A DNA stretch of 64,000 nt from an uncultured Rhizobiaceae bacterium (GCA_964244725.1 CAXTJQ010000010.1:42695-106694); one strand, 5' to 3'; counted from the first letter of the stretch, positions 1-12,437 are shown. Notes: generated by a model not told the origin, from the letters alone. A program made the numbers and translations.

Positions 1-322
1 CCCGCCGGCTCGCGACGGGCGGCCGCTGATCGACGCCACCGCCTTGGTTTCCATGCGGCCGCAAGCCGTCCTCCTGAATACGGCGCGCGCGGCGCTGGTG
101 GATGAACGGGCGGTGCTGGACGCGCTGGATGACGGCCGGCTCGCCGCCTATGCGATCGACGTGTTCGACGCGGAGCCCCCGACGGATCTGGTCCTGGCCG
201 GCCACCAGCGGGTCATCGCCACCAGCCACATCGGCGGCTTCACCGAGGAAAGCGTCGACCGCGCGACGCGGATCGCCGTCGCCAATCTGGTTTCGGCGTT
301 GCGCCGCTCCCCGCATGGCTGA
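1..322 (+). CDS. D-isomer-specific 2-hydroxyacid dehydrogenase (PGDH-like), 3' part only
   Basis: LLNTARAALVDERAVLDAL..GRLAAYAIDVFDAEP..ATSHIGG are C-terminal motifs of the family; the gene is cut by the window start; TGA at 320-322 overlaps the next ATG (315). Confidence 0.85.
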   Translation, partial: PPARDGRPLIDATALVSMRPQAVLLNTARAALVDERAVLDALDDGRLAAYAIDVFDAEPPTDLVLAGHQRVIATSHIGGFTEESVDRATRIAVANLVSALRRSPHG

Positions 323-2075
323 GACGGACGAAACCCCGTTCGACGGCGCGCTTGCCGACAGGCTGGCCTCGGAACCGGAACCCGGAACGCGGATCTACTG
401 GCTCGGCCAGGCGGGCTTCGTGATCGAGGCCGGCGGCTATCGTCTGGTCATCGATCCCTACCTGTCCGACTCGCTCGGCGCGAAATATCGCGGCAAGGAA
501 TTTTCGCACGAGCGCATGATGGCCGCCCCGGCCTCGCCTGCCGGGCTCGGGCATGTCGACCTCGTTCTATGCACTCATCAGCATACCGACCACATGGATG
601 CGGAAACGCTGCGGCCGCTGCTGTCTGCCCGGCCCGGATTGCGGCTGGTCGCGCCCGCCGCAGCTCGGACGGAAGCGATCCATCGCGCAAGCGTCTGCTC
701 CGACCGTCTCATCCTGCTGGACGCGGGCGAGCGCACCCAGCCTTTCGCCGGCCTCTCCGTCACGGCGACGCGCGCAGCCCACGAGAGCCTGGAGCGCGAC
801 GAAGCGGGCCGCCACCGCTTCCTGGGCTATGTGATCGAGGCCGACGGCGTCCGCATCTGGCATTCGGGGGACTGCGCGCCCTTCGATGGGCTGATCGAAG
901 AGGTTGGCGCGTTGGAACCCGATCTAGCCTTGATGCCCGTCAACGGCCGCTCCGCCGCCCTTTCGAGCAAGGGGATCGCCGGAAATTTTTCCCTTTCCGA
1001 GGCGATCGAAACGGCGCATTCGGTCGGCGCTTCGACGCTGATCGCGCACCACCACGGGATGTTCGCCTTCAACACGATCGCGCCGGAGGCGATCGACCGG
1101 GCGGCGAGGGCCACGAACACGCCGCGCATCTTGCGGGCGCGGACGAATGCGACCTACAGTTTGGCGTCTTTCTCCATGGATGCCCGCATGAATTCGCATC
1201 AGCCGTCCAGAGCCCGGGAGACGACGCCAAATATCCTCGAAGTGGTTCGAACCCTGCAGCCGACCTTGCGCAAATCGGATCGCAAGGTCGCGGATCTGGT
1301 GCTGGCCGACCCGCGGCGCGTCCTCGACGCGACGGTCGCCGAGGCGGCCGAACTTGCCGGCGTCAGTCAGCCGACCGTCATCCGTTTCAGCGTCGCGGTC
1401 GGCTGTTCCGGCTATCAGGAGTTCCGCTTCCGGTTGGCGCAAAGCCTGGCGCTCGGCACACCCGCCACGCACTCGGTGCTCAGCACCAGCGACGCGCCTG
1501 AAGCCGTGATCGAGAAGATTTTCGACTACACCATGACCAGCCTCGACTGGGCGCGGCACCATCTCGACCGGGCGGCAATCGCCCGCGCGGTCGAATTGCT
1601 CGAGAAGGCGACGAACATCGAGTTCTTCGGCTTCGGCGCGTCGGGCATCGTGGCGCGCGACGCCCAGCAGAAATTCCCCCTGTTCGGCGTCCCCTGCGGC
1701 GCGCAGGTCGATTCGCACCAGCAGATCATGGCGGCGTCGATGATGCAGCCGGGCCAGGTCGCGGTGGTGATCTCCAACACCGGCCTGACGCGATCGATCA
1801 TCGAGGTGGCGCGAACCGCGCGCGGCAATGGCGCGAGCGTCATCGCAATCACCGGCTCGGCGTCGCTGGTCATCGAGCATTGCGACGTCGCGCTGATCGT
1901 CGAGACGCTGGACAACACGAATGTTTACACGCCGACGATTTCGCGCATCGCGGCCCTGGTGGTCATCGACGTGCTGTCGACGGCGGTCGCGCTGCGCCGC
2001 GACAGCGCCCAGGGCGAACGCTTCCAGGCGATGAAGCGGCAGCTCAGCGAGCTGCGCGTCGCCCAGCGCCTTTAG
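315..2075 (+). CDS. Single ORF fusing an MBL-fold hydrolase (UlaG-like, approx. 315-1175) to an RpiR/HexR HTH-SIS regulator (approx. 1176-2075)
   Basis: ATG 315 (MAETDETPF). MBL motifs IYWLGQAGF, DPYLSDS, HQHTDHMD and WHSGD. No stop follows; the frame continues into RpiR motifs LRKSDRKVADLVL, VSQPTVIRFSVAVGCSGYQEF, FFGFGASG and VISNTG. Confidence 0.8.
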   Translation: MAETDETPFDGALADRLASEPEPGTRIYWLGQAGFVIEAGGYRLVIDPYLSDSLGAKYRGKEFSHERMMAAPASPAGLGHVDLVLCTHQHTDHMDAETLRPLLSARPGLRLVAPAAARTEAIHRASVCSDRLILLDAGERTQPFAGLSVTATRAAHESLERDEAGRHRFLGYVIEADGVRIWHSGDCAPFDGLIEEVGALEPDLALMPVNGRSAALSSKGIAGNFSLSEAIETAHSVGASTLIAHHHGMFAFNTIAPEAIDRAARATNTPRILRARTNATYSLASFSMDARMNSHQPSRARETTPNILEVVRTLQPTLRKSDRKVADLVLADPRRVLDATVAEAAELAGVSQPTVIRFSVAVGCSGYQEFRFRLAQSLALGTPATHSVLSTSDAPEAVIEKIFDYTMTSLDWARHHLDRAAIARAVELLEKATNIEFFGFGASGIVARDAQQKFPLFGVPCGAQVDSHQQIMAASMMQPGQVAVVISNTGLTRSIIEVARTARGNGASVIAITGSASLVIEHCDVALIVETLDNTNVYTPTISRIAALVVIDVLSTAVALRRDSAQGERFQAMKRQLSELRVAQRL

Positions 2076-2082
2076 TTCGGAG

Positions 2083-3582
2083 ATGAGCGCCGACCTCATC
2101 CTCGCCATCGATGTCGGCACCGGCAGCGTCCGGGCCGCGCTGCTCGGGCGCGACGGCGCCATTCTTTCCATCGAGGCGGTCGAGCATGACCAGATCGTCC
2201 CGGCCTATGGCTGGTCGGAGCAGCGCCCGGCCGACTGGTGGACGAGTGTGGTGCGCTCGGTGCGGGCGGTGCTGGCGACGGTCGATGGCGCCGTCGACCG
2301 GATCGGCAGTATCGCCGCCTGCGGCCAGATGCACGGCACGGTCCTGCTCGACGGCGACGGCAGGCTGACGCGCGCTGCCGTCCCGCTCTGGAACGACAAG
2401 CGCACCGCCTCGCTGGTGGCCGATTTCGAAGCCCGCTACGCCTCGGCCGACTATCTGGCCGAGAGCGGCAATCCGCCGACGCCGGCCTGGCCGGCCTTCA
2501 AGCTGCAATGGATCAGGGACAACGATCCGGAGGCCTACGCCCGAGCGGCGATCGTCGTCATGCCGAAGGACTACGTCAATTTCCGCCTGACAGGCGAAGC
2601 GGCCATGGACCGGACGGAGGCGGTGTGCAGCTTCCTGATGAACCCGTCCACCGGACAATGGTCTCCGGCCATGTGCGACCGTCTGGGCCTCGACATCGCC
2701 AAGCTGGCGCCAATCCGCGAGCCGGTCGAGATTCTCGGCCACGTGACGCAACCGGCCGCCCTCGAAACCGGTCTTCGCCAAGGCACGCCCGTCCTCGTCG
2801 GCGGCGGCGACTATCCCGTCGCGCTGCTCGGCTCCGGCGTCTGCCGGCCTGGCCTCGGCTCCGACGTCACGGGGACTTCCGCAATCATCACGATGATCGC
2901 CGACAAGCCGCTGCTCGATCCCGAAATCTCCAATGTCGGCACAGCGGAAGGCGCTTGGGGCGCCTTCATGCTGCTGGAAACCGGCGGCGACGCCATGCGC
3001 TGGGCGCGCCGCGCTTTTCATGAAAAGTCGCTCGGCTATGAAGAGATGGCGGCAAAGGCAGCCCAAGCGCCGGCCGGTGCGGACCGGCTGTTCTTCCTGC
3101 CTTATCTCACCGGCGAACGATTTGGGAGCCACCGCAATTCTCGCGCGCAGTTCTTCGGCATCACCGCCGAACACGGGCTGGTCCATTTGCATCGCGCCGT
3201 GCTGGAAGGCGTGGCTTTCGGGGTGAAGCGCCACATCCGCATCATGGAGGAAAACAGCGGTCAGAAGCTCGAACGCGTCATCGCTTCGGGCGGCGGAGCG
3301 AAGTCGGACCTCTGGCTGAAGGTCAAGGCCAGCGCCTACGGCATTCCGATCGTCGTGCCCGTCGAGCCCGAATGCAGTGTCGTCGGCTGCGCCATCCTCG
3401 CGGCCACGGCGGAAGGCCGATTTTCCGATGTCAGGCAGGGTGCGGAGGCCTTCGTCCGCTACTTGCCGAAGGTTATCCCGGAGCCGGCCTGGGTGGAGAC
3501 CTATGCGCGCATGCAGCCCGTCTTCGAGAAGCTCTATCGCCATTCGCAGGCGATGTACGACGATCTGGATCGCCTCGCATGA
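2083..3582 (+). CDS. FGGY-family carbohydrate kinase (xylulokinase-like)
   Basis: AIDVGTGSVRA, GQMHG, LWNDKR, FLPYLTGER, RAVLEGVAF and GGGAKSDLW motifs; GGAG precedes the ATG. Confidence 0.9.
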   Translation: MSADLILAIDVGTGSVRAALLGRDGAILSIEAVEHDQIVPAYGWSEQRPADWWTSVVRSVRAVLATVDGAVDRIGSIAACGQMHGTVLLDGDGRLTRAAVPLWNDKRTASLVADFEARYASADYLAESGNPPTPAWPAFKLQWIRDNDPEAYARAAIVVMPKDYVNFRLTGEAAMDRTEAVCSFLMNPSTGQWSPAMCDRLGLDIAKLAPIREPVEILGHVTQPAALETGLRQGTPVLVGGGDYPVALLGSGVCRPGLGSDVTGTSAIITMIADKPLLDPEISNVGTAEGAWGAFMLLETGGDAMRWARRAFHEKSLGYEEMAAKAAQAPAGADRLFFLPYLTGERFGSHRNSRAQFFGITAEHGLVHLHRAVLEGVAFGVKRHIRIMEENSGQKLERVIASGGGAKSDLWLKVKASAYGIPIVVPVEPECSVVGCAILAATAEGRFSDVRQGAEAFVRYLPKVIPEPAWVETYARMQPVFEKLYRHSQAMYDDLDRLA

Positions 3583-3701
3583 CTTTTTCCGCCACGTTCA
3601 TTCGGCGGCGTTGCGACGGCTTCGGTTCAGGGCCGCCGAAGTCTACCGAGGCCATCGGACCGTTCGGGCATCCATGCGATCCTGCGCCCGCGCGGCCGTC
3701 G

Positions 3702-4181
3702 CTACGCTGCGGCGCTGTCGGGAAAAAGCGGGAAGCCGTCGCCCGAGAACGGCGACATGTCCAGCCAGAGGTACTGGAACGAGCGACTGACGAACACCCA
3801 ATCGTCACCGGAACGCCGCAGGCGATCGAAGGCGACGCAATGGTTCCTGTAGTATTTTTCGCCGGGCCCGCGCGCCGACTCATGGCAAAAGGTCCGCGTC
3901 GTCGCGTCGTCGCCGTCGATTTCCACGACGCCCGGCAGGGAGAACATAACGAAGAAGGTCAGTCCCGTTCGCAAGCGCCGAAGCATGGCGACGGCCTCGT
4001 CCACGCCCTTCGCGCTCTGCATCTGCGGAGCCTTGCCGATGACGAATTCGGCGTCGTCGGCCCAAACGGCGCGGAACATGTCGTAGTCTCCCCTCGTCGC
4101 GCTATCGGCAAAGCGCGCGATGGCGTTGCGGATCGACGCCTCGTCCATGAACTGGTTCAGCCGGGTATGTTGGTCGGTCAT
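3702..4181 (-). CDS. SnoaL-like / NTF2-family protein
   Basis: From MTDQHTRLNQFMDEASIRNAIARFAD..D.FRAVWADDA; 159 aa with the family's helix-then-sheet pattern; start reassigned to the ATG at 4181. Confidence 0.75.
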   Translation of the reverse strand: MTDQHTRLNQFMDEASIRNAIARFADSATRGDYDMFRAVWADDAEFVIGKAPQMQSAKGVDEAVAMLRRLRTGLTFFVMFSLPGVVEIDGDDATTRTFCHESARGPGEKYYRNHCVAFDRLRRSGDDWVFVSRSFQYLWLDMSPFSGDGFPLFPDSAAA

Positions 4182-4484
4182 GGGACTTCCTTTGGCGCGT
4201 TGCTCGAAGTGAGCGTCTGCGAGCCGTTCTTTCGGCTGGAACAGCGGCGCGCGCATCCCTGATCCTCCCGCAGACTTGCCTGATCCTACCAGGTGGCCGC
4301 ATTGCGCTCGGTGAGGATTGAAACCATCATGCCGCGCCAGTTCCCGGAGCGCGGCCCGGCGCATGTCTGGCGAATGGCTCTATCGGCGGGTATCGATTGC
4401 CGGAACGATGAAAAATGTGCGTTCCGCTTGTTGGGCGTTCGATAATGGCGTGCGCGATCGAATGTTTCCCGTTATGCAGCGGCG

Positions 4485-5513
4485 ATGGTCGCTGCTCCCT
4501 TGAGCGTTCCTCCGATCGCGCTCAGCATGGGCGAACCCGCCGGGATCGGCGGCGACATCGCGCTGAAGGCGTGGCGAATGCTTCGCTTCGCGGGGCCGGC
4601 CTTCTTCGTCCTCCACGATCCGGACCATCTTGCGGCGCTGGCGGGCGCGATGGGCCTCGAAACGCCGATCCGCGTCGTTGCAAGTGCGGGCGAAGCCCGC
4701 GAGGTATTCGCGGACGCCCTTCCGGTCATGCCGGTTGCGCTTTCCGCGCCCATCGTTCCGGGCATCGTCGACAGCGCCAATTCGCTTGCGGTCATCGAGG
4801 CAATCCGGCGTGGCGTCGAACTGACGACGCGGGGCGAGGCGTCGGCGCTGGTCACCAACCCGATCCAGAAATCGGCGCTTTACTCGGCCGGTTTCGCCTA
4901 TCCCGGCCATACGGAATATCTTGAGCATCTGGCCGGCGCGCCCCACCGGGCCGTCATGATGCTTGCCTGCGACATGTTGAAGGTCGTCCCGGTGACGATC
5001 CATGAGGCGCTTGCCGTCGCCATCGGCCATCTGACGATCGACAGGATCGTAGCGACCGCGCGTGACGTTGCCGCCGCGCTGCGCCAGGATTTCGGCATCG
5101 ACCGTCCGCGTTTGGCGATCGCCGGCCTCAATCCGCATGCCGGCGAAAGCGGCGCGATGGGACGCGAGGAGATCGACATGATCGCACCGGCCGCGCGGAT
5201 GCTGCAGGCGGAGGGCGTCGATGTGATCGGACCGCTGCCGCCCGACACCATGTTCACGCATCGCATGCGCCGGACCTACGACGCGGCCATCTGCATGTAT
5301 CACGACCAGGCGCTGATCCCGCTGAAGACGCTGGACATGGACGGCGGGGTGAACGTCACCCTGGGCCTGCCCTTCGTGAGGACCTCGCCCGATCATGGCA
5401 CTGCGCTCGATCTCGCCGGCAAGGGTGCTGCCGATCCTGGAAGCCTGATTGCAGCGCTTCGCCTGGCGGCGCAAATTGCGGCGCATCGCAACAGGGCGAG
5501 GAGGACGGCATGA
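4485..5513 (+). CDS. pdxA: 4-hydroxythreonine-4-phosphate dehydrogenase
   Basis: [39 protein letters not shown] and [18 protein letters not shown] motifs. Confidence 0.95.
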   Translation: MVAAPLSVPPIALSMGEPAGIGGDIALKAWRMLRFAGPAFFVLHDPDHLAALAGAMGLETPIRVVASAGEAREVFADALPVMPVALSAPIVPGIVDSANSLAVIEAIRRGVELTTRGEASALVTNPIQKSALYSAGFAYPGHTEYLEHLAGAPHRAVMMLACDMLKVVPVTIHEALAVAIGHLTIDRIVATARDVAAALRQDFGIDRPRLAIAGLNPHAGESGAMGREEIDMIAPAARMLQAEGVDVIGPLPPDTMFTHRMRRTYDAAICMYHDQALIPLKTLDMDGGVNVTLGLPFVRTSPDHGTALDLAGKGAADPGSLIAALRLAAQIAAHRNRARRTA

Positions 5514-6241
5514 GAACCATTCGGCTGGGCATGAACATCGACCACGTCGCAACCGTCCGGAACGCGCGGGGCGGGGTGCATCCCGATCCCGTCCGCGCCG
5601 CCGTCCTGGCGCTCGAGGCCGGCGCCGACGGCATCACCGTCCATTTGCGCGAGGACCGCCGGCATATCCGCGACGACGACGTCTTCCGGCTCAAGCAGGT
5701 GATCGACGCCCCCATCAACCTGGAGATGGCTGCGACCGACGCGATGGCGGAAATCGCGCTGCAGCTTGGACCCCACGCCGTGTGCCTCGTCCCGGAACGG
5801 CGCGAGGAAGTGACGACGGAAGGCGGTCTCGACGCCGCGGGCAACCGCGAGACTTTGGCGCCGATCGTCGAGCGCTTGAAAGCCGCGGGCATTCGGGTTT
5901 CCCTGTTCATCGACCCGGATGAAACACAGGTCGCGGCGGCGGGCGACCTCGGCGCGCCGGTGGTCGAACTGCATACCGGCGCCTATGCCGAGCCGCACGA
6001 TCCGGCCAGGGAACTGCAGCGCCTGATCCGCGCCGCGTCGCTGACCTGGAAACTGGGCATCGAGTGTCACGCCGGGCATGGGCTGACCTTCGACAATGTC
6101 GGCGCGGTCGCGGCCATCCCGCGGATCATGGAGCTGAATATCGGCCATTTTCTGATCGGCGAGGCGATGTTCATCGGCTTGGCGGCCAGCATCGCGGAAA
6201 TGAAGCGACGTATCCAGCAGGCCGCGGCCAGTTCCGGGTGA
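5510..6241 (+). CDS. pdxJ: Pyridoxine 5'-phosphate synthase
   Basis: [43 protein letters not shown] and ELNIGH motifs; ATGA overlap with pdxA. Confidence 0.97.
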   Translation: MRTIRLGMNIDHVATVRNARGGVHPDPVRAAVLALEAGADGITVHLREDRRHIRDDDVFRLKQVIDAPINLEMAATDAMAEIALQLGPHAVCLVPERREEVTTEGGLDAAGNRETLAPIVERLKAAGIRVSLFIDPDETQVAAAGDLGAPVVELHTGAYAEPHDPARELQRLIRAASLTWKLGIECHAGHGLTFDNVGAVAAIPRIMELNIGHFLIGEAMFIGLAASIAEMKRRIQQAAASSG

Positions 6242-6454
6242 GCGCGGACCGAGGCCGGCGGCGCGGCCGCGCCGATGGGCAAGGCCATGCATTGTCCATG
6301 GCCGTCACGGCCGATCCGCGAACGTCGAAGTTGGCGCGGCGGCTGAACTAGGTTGCGCCTGACCAGCGAGATTCAAGAGAGCCTGATGATCGCCTGACAG
6401 GCCGACGGAGATGGAAGCATCGGTACACGCGCCGATGCCCGTCAGCGCCGCCCC

Positions 6455-8385
6455 TTAGCCGATCCATGCGCCCAGATCGTGCTGGCCGACCGAACCGTTG
6501 CCAACGACGAGCGTCACGCCCTCGGGACAGGTCCAGGCCGGCCCGCCATAGTTGAATGCGAAGGTGACGGCGCCGCGGCGCCTCAGCCGAATGTAGTCGG
6601 GCAAATCGAGCGTTTCCAGGCCGGCGTCGGCGCAGGCGGAGCGCATGGCGTCCGCGAGGAGCGCCGCATCGGGCCAGCAGGCCAGGTAGCGGACGTTCGC
6701 TTTGGCTACCAAGGCAGGGTCGCCATTTTCGAAATGGCCGAGAATCTGCCCGTTCGTCTCGATGTACTCCCGCCAGCGGATCGCGTGGCCCGACACCTCT
6801 CCCGTAACGGCATGGGCGAGATTGGGTCGCAGCGAAGACACTTCGCGCACGCGCACCCCGGTCAGATCCGCGAGCGGCCCCGGCGGAAGATTGGCCGGAA
6901 TGGAGCCGCCGCGCGTCTTCGATCCCGTGCGGGGGCCAAACAGGATCGTTCCCGTGGCCAGGCGGAAGGCCTGCTCCGCGGCGTCCGTGATGATCGGCAG
7001 GCAGGGAGCGAGGATGAGGTCGTATCCGTCGAGCTTGGCCCCCGCTGCCACGATATCGACATCCAATCCCAGGCGTCGGACAGCCTCGTACCAGCGGAAC
7101 GAGAGTTCGTAGGAACGAAAATCCTGCCCCTGCGGCTGGATGCGCGTCACCCAGTGGGCTTCGTAGTCGTGGACCAGCGCGACCTTCGCCTGCCGGGTCT
7201 CCTCGAACGCGCCAAACGCCGCCAACTCGCGGCCGACGATCTCGGCCTCGCGGCCGCCGGTCGACAGTTCGTCCGACAGGGGAAGGTTGAGCCCGGCGTG
7301 GAACTGCTCCTGGCCGAACGGCGCCTGCCGCCAGCGGAAATAGCTCACCACCTCCGCGCCGTGCGCCAGCGCCTCCCAGGTCCAGAGCCGCACCATGCCG
7401 GGCTTGGGCACGGCATTCCACGGCGCCCAGTTCACTGGCCCGGGCTGCTGCTCCATGACCCAGAACCGGCCGCGTCCGACGCCGCGATAGAGATCGTGGT
7501 GGAACGGCGCGATATCGGGATGCGAGGTTTCGGCCCAGCGGGCGCGCTCTTCGTCGCTGAACGGAAAACGCTCCACGAAACCGATCGGATAGGAATCCCA
7601 GGATGCGAGGTCGAGATGTCGGCCGAGCGTCCAGTGATCGAATTCGTTGAAGAATCCCATGAAATTATGCGTGATCCAGCGGCCCGGCGAATGCGCTCGG
7701 ATCACATCGCATTGCATTTTGTCGTAGGCGGCGACCTGTTCGGACTGGAACCGCCAGAAATCGAGCCGCGCCGCCGGGTTTGGCTCGGTGACGGTCAGGT
7801 TGGGCAGGGAGATCGCCTCGAAACTGTCGACTTCCATCGACCAGAAGACGTTGCCCCAGGTCTCGTTGAGCTGGTCCGCTGTCTGGTAGCGGCCGCGCAG
7901 CCAGCCCCGAAATCCCTTCAGGTCTTCCGGTCCCCAGGACAGGACCGTGTCGTGGCAGCCATATTCGTTGTCGGTCTGCCAGCCGACCAGGCCCGGGTGC
8001 TCGCCGAAATGCCGGGCCAGCGCCTCGACCATGCGCCGGCTTTCCTCCCACCAGACCTTCGAGGAAAATGTGTAGTGCCGGCGCGAACCGAAGCCGCGCA
8101 CGCGGCCCTGCTCGTCGACCGCCGCGATCTCCGGATGCTCGTCCATCAGCCATTTGGGAGGCGTCGCGGTCGGCGTGCCGAGCACGACCTTCAGACCGGC
8201 GGCGTGCAGCGTATCCATCGCGCGCTCGAGCCAGGCGAAATCATATGCGCCGCGCCTTGGCTCGAGCCGCGACCAGGCGAATTCGCCGACACGGACGTAG
8301 GAGATGCCGATTTCACGCATGCGGCGGGCGTCTTTGGCCCACCAGTCTTCCGGCCAGTGTTCCGGGTAATAGCAGACGCCGAGCA

Positions 8386-8386
<1 letters not shown>
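6455..8386 (-). CDS. Beta-galactosidase, GH42 family
   Basis: [44 protein letters not shown] and [14 protein letters not shown] motifs; real start is the ATG at 8386 inside the over-long ORF call. Confidence 0.93.
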
Positions 8387-9483
<1,097 letters not shown>

Positions 9484-9486
9484 GGC

Positions 9487-11589
9487 TCAAGCTCCCCCGA
9501 TGCGTTCGATTTCCAGGACGACGCCGCTTTCCGGCCGAAGCATCGGCAACGGCAGGCCGCCGCGCCGCAGGCTCGCGAGACCGAAGCGCGTCTTTCCGCC
9601 GAGCAGCGTTTGCTGGTCCCTGGCGATCCTGATGAATGCCGGCGCCGCGGGATGGATGGCGGCGATCCGCCATTCGCCCTCGACGGCATCGACGGCGGGC
9701 AGTTTGAGCGGCGGCGGTTGCTCGGCCATCATATGCGCGGCCTGCGCGACGAACAGGACGATCCTGTCGGGCGAAGTCACGCCCCAGACATGCCGCCCGT
9801 CGAGCGGCGCGGCATGGAACGAACGGCCCCGCCCGTGCAGCAGGGGTCGCAGCCTCTTGTGCAGGGTGATCCATTGCCCGAGTTCGCGGCTTTCGGCCTT
9901 GCTTAGCGTGCGCGGATCGAGTTCGACGCCGAGATGATAGGCGAGAGCCACGACCGCCCGGAACGACAGCGAATGCCGCCGGCCGGTCTGGTGGTTCGGC
10001 GATGCGGAGATGTGCGCGCCCAGGATTTCGGGCGGGAAGAACATCGACGCGCCGCGTTGGATTTCCAGGCGCTCCAGGGCGTCGGTCCCATCGGATGTCC
10101 AAAGCCGCGCGGTGCGTTCGAGCACGCCGTAGTCGGCCCGCCCCCCGCCCGAGGCGCAGCTCTCGAACTCGACGTTCGGATGAGCCCGGCCCAGCCGGTC
10201 CATCAGGGCGTAGACGGCGCGCGTCTGTCTCGACGTGGCCGCTTGACCGCCGCGGTCCCCCGCATGCGTCAGGTCGCGATTCATGTCCCATTTGACATAG
10301 GCGATGTCGTTTTCACCCAGCACCGCGCTGACGCGGTCGAAGAGATACTCCGAAACCTCCCGGCGTGTCAGGTCGAGCACAAGCTGCTTGCGCGACAGCA
10401 GCAGCGGCCGGCCCGCGACCTGCAGGACCCAGTCGGGATGGGCGCGATACAGCTCCGAATCCGGATTGACCATCTCCGGCTCGAACCACAGGCCGAACTC
10501 CATGCCGAGCGACCGGACATGGTCGATCAGCGGCGTCAGCCCGTCGGGATATTTGCGCGTGTCGACGATCCAGTCGCCGAGGCTCGAACTGTCGTCGTCG
10601 CGTTTTCCGAACCAGCCGTCGTCGAGCACGAAGCGTTCGATGCCGATCGCCGCCGCTGCGTCCGCCTGCGCCTTCAGCGCATCGAGCTTGTGGTCGAAAT
10701 AGTTGCCTTCCCAGGTGTTGAGCGTGACCGGCCGCGCCCGCGCGGACGGCCATCTGATCAGGCGCTCGGAAACGAACGAGCGGAAGCGTTGTGACAGGTC
10801 ATCGGCGCTGCTCGCCGCGCTCAGATAGACCTTGGGGCTTTCATAGCTTTTCCCGGTCTCGAGCCTGATCTCGCCCGGCTCGAACAATTCCCCCGCATGG
10901 ACGAGACGCCGTCCGTCGTCGAGCGTGTCGATGGCCAGGAGATGATTGCCGCTCCAGCCCAGATGCAGGCCTGTCCAGATGTCGCCCGTCTTGACCAGCA
11001 GGCCCGGGAATCGGTCGTGCGAAGTTCGTCCACGACGGCTTTCCTGCAGCCAGAGCCCGCCCGGCGCCTCAGCTTCGACCATATGGAACTCGCGTCCCCA
11101 CATGCCGGTAAAGCTTGTGAGATGCGCCGGTCCGGCGTCGACCGGCATTGTCCCCGCCATCATGCGGTCGAGCGTATAGACGCTTTGGCCGCTGTTGGTG
11201 ATCTTTGAACACAGGGAAAGGACGCCCTGTTCGAACGCATCGATGGTGATGTCGAGATCGAGCTTCGCGACATCGTCTCGCGCAGACAGAACGGTTGTCG
11301 CGCCGCTCTGGCTTGCGGACCAGGCCGAAAAGCCGGCGATGAAATCGCGTCCGTCGCGATGCCCGGCGATCGCCGGCCAGCCGAAGAAGCCGAGGCCGCC
11401 TGTCGGCAGCAGGACGCAGGACGGAGCGGCGATGTCCATGCCGTTGACGCGGGGCGATCGCACCGCCATCGGCGCGACGGCTTCGGAAGCCGGCATCGGT
11501 CCGAACGCCAGAATCTCCGGCATGCCGTGCGCCGGCAAGGCAAGATGCAGCGAGATGCGGTCGTTGCCGATTGTGACGACCCCGCTCAT
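9487..11589 (-). CDS. Alpha-galactosidase, GH36 family
   Basis: [37 protein letters not shown] and ESCASGGGR motifs; start MSGVV at 11589. Confidence 0.93.
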   Translation of the reverse strand: MSGVVTIGNDRISLHLALPAHGMPEILAFGPMPASEAVAPMAVRSPRVNGMDIAAPSCVLLPTGGLGFFGWPAIAGHRDGRDFIAGFSAWSASQSGATTVLSARDDVAKLDLDITIDAFEQGVLSLCSKITNSGQSVYTLDRMMAGTMPVDAGPAHLTSFTGMWGREFHMVEAEAPGGLWLQESRRGRTSHDRFPGLLVKTGDIWTGLHLGWSGNHLLAIDTLDDGRRLVHAGELFEPGEIRLETGKSYESPKVYLSAASSADDLSQRFRSFVSERLIRWPSARARPVTLNTWEGNYFDHKLDALKAQADAAAAIGIERFVLDDGWFGKRDDDSSSLGDWIVDTRKYPDGLTPLIDHVRSLGMEFGLWFEPEMVNPDSELYRAHPDWVLQVAGRPLLLSRKQLVLDLTRREVSEYLFDRVSAVLGENDIAYVKWDMNRDLTHAGDRGGQAATSRQTRAVYALMDRLGRAHPNVEFESCASGGGRADYGVLERTARLWTSDGTDALERLEIQRGASMFFPPEILGAHISASPNHQTGRRHSLSFRAVVALAYHLGVELDPRTLSKAESRELGQWITLHKRLRPLLHGRGRSFHAAPLDGRHVWGVTSPDRIVLFVAQAAHMMAEQPPPLKLPAVDAVEGEWRIAAIHPAAPAFIRIARDQQTLLGGKTRFGLASLRRGGLPLPMLRPESGVVLEIERIGGA

Positions 11590-12437
11590 CCCTTGGTCGC
11601 TCCGAGCGTCAGACCGGCGATGAAATGCTTCTGCATCAGGAAGAACATGAGAACCGGCGGCAGCGCCGCGACGATCGACCCGGCCGAGACGAGGTGCCAG
11701 GCGGCGATCCACTGGCCGTTGAGCGAGTAGAGACCCGCGGTGACCGGCATGGCGTGCTGGCCCTGCACTAGCACCGTCGCCCAGAAATAGTCGTTCCAGA
11801 TGAAGGTGAAGATCAGCACCGACAGCGCCGCGATGGCCGGCCGCATCAGCGGCAGCACGATATGGCGGAAGATCTTCCATTCGGACACGCCTTCGACGCG
11901 GGCCGATTCGATCAGCGCGAACGGCAGCGCCTTGATGAAATTGCGCATGAACAGCGTGCAGAACCCGGTCTGGAACGCGACGTGGAACAGCACGAGGCCC
12001 ATCGTCGTGTCGTAGAGACCGATCCTGAGGGTCAGGTCGCGGACCGGCACCATGAGGATCTGGAACGGGATGAAGTTTCCGGCTACGAATAGGAAGAAGA
12101 CCACCAGGTTGCTCTTGAACTTGTAGACGGCGAGCGCGAAGCCGGTCAGGCACGACAGCGCCACCGCGCCGATGACGGTCGGGATCGTGACCTTGAACGA
12201 GTTCAGGATGTACCAGCCGATCGGCGAATTGCGGAACACGGCCGTATAGTTTTCGACACCGGCGAAGCCTGACGGAATGCCGAAATAATTGCCGGCCGCG
12301 AGATCGCCAGAAGGCCGCACCGAAGTCAGCGCCACGCCGATCAGCGGGAACAGCCAGACGACGAGAGCGACCGGCAGGAGCACATTGTAACCGGCTCGCA
12401 CCCAGGGCGCGGCTTTGGCGACTGGGGTCGGAAACAT
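11586..12437 (-). CDS. Carbohydrate ABC transporter permease
   Basis: Start MFPTPV at 12437; hydrophobic segments; EAA-type loop LIESARVEG; FTFIWNDYFW. Confidence 0.9.
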   Translation of the reverse strand: MFPTPVAKAAPWVRAGYNVLLPVALVVWLFPLIGVALTSVRPSGDLAAGNYFGIPSGFAGVENYTAVFRNSPIGWYILNSFKVTIPTVIGAVALSCLTGFALAVYKFKSNLVVFFLFVAGNFIPFQILMVPVRDLTLRIGLYDTTMGLVLFHVAFQTGFCTLFMRNFIKALPFALIESARVEGVSEWKIFRHIVLPLMRPAIAALSVLIFTFIWNDYFWATVLVQGQHAMPVTAGLYSLNGQWIAAWHLVSAGSIVAALPPVLMFFLMQKHFIAGLTLGATKG

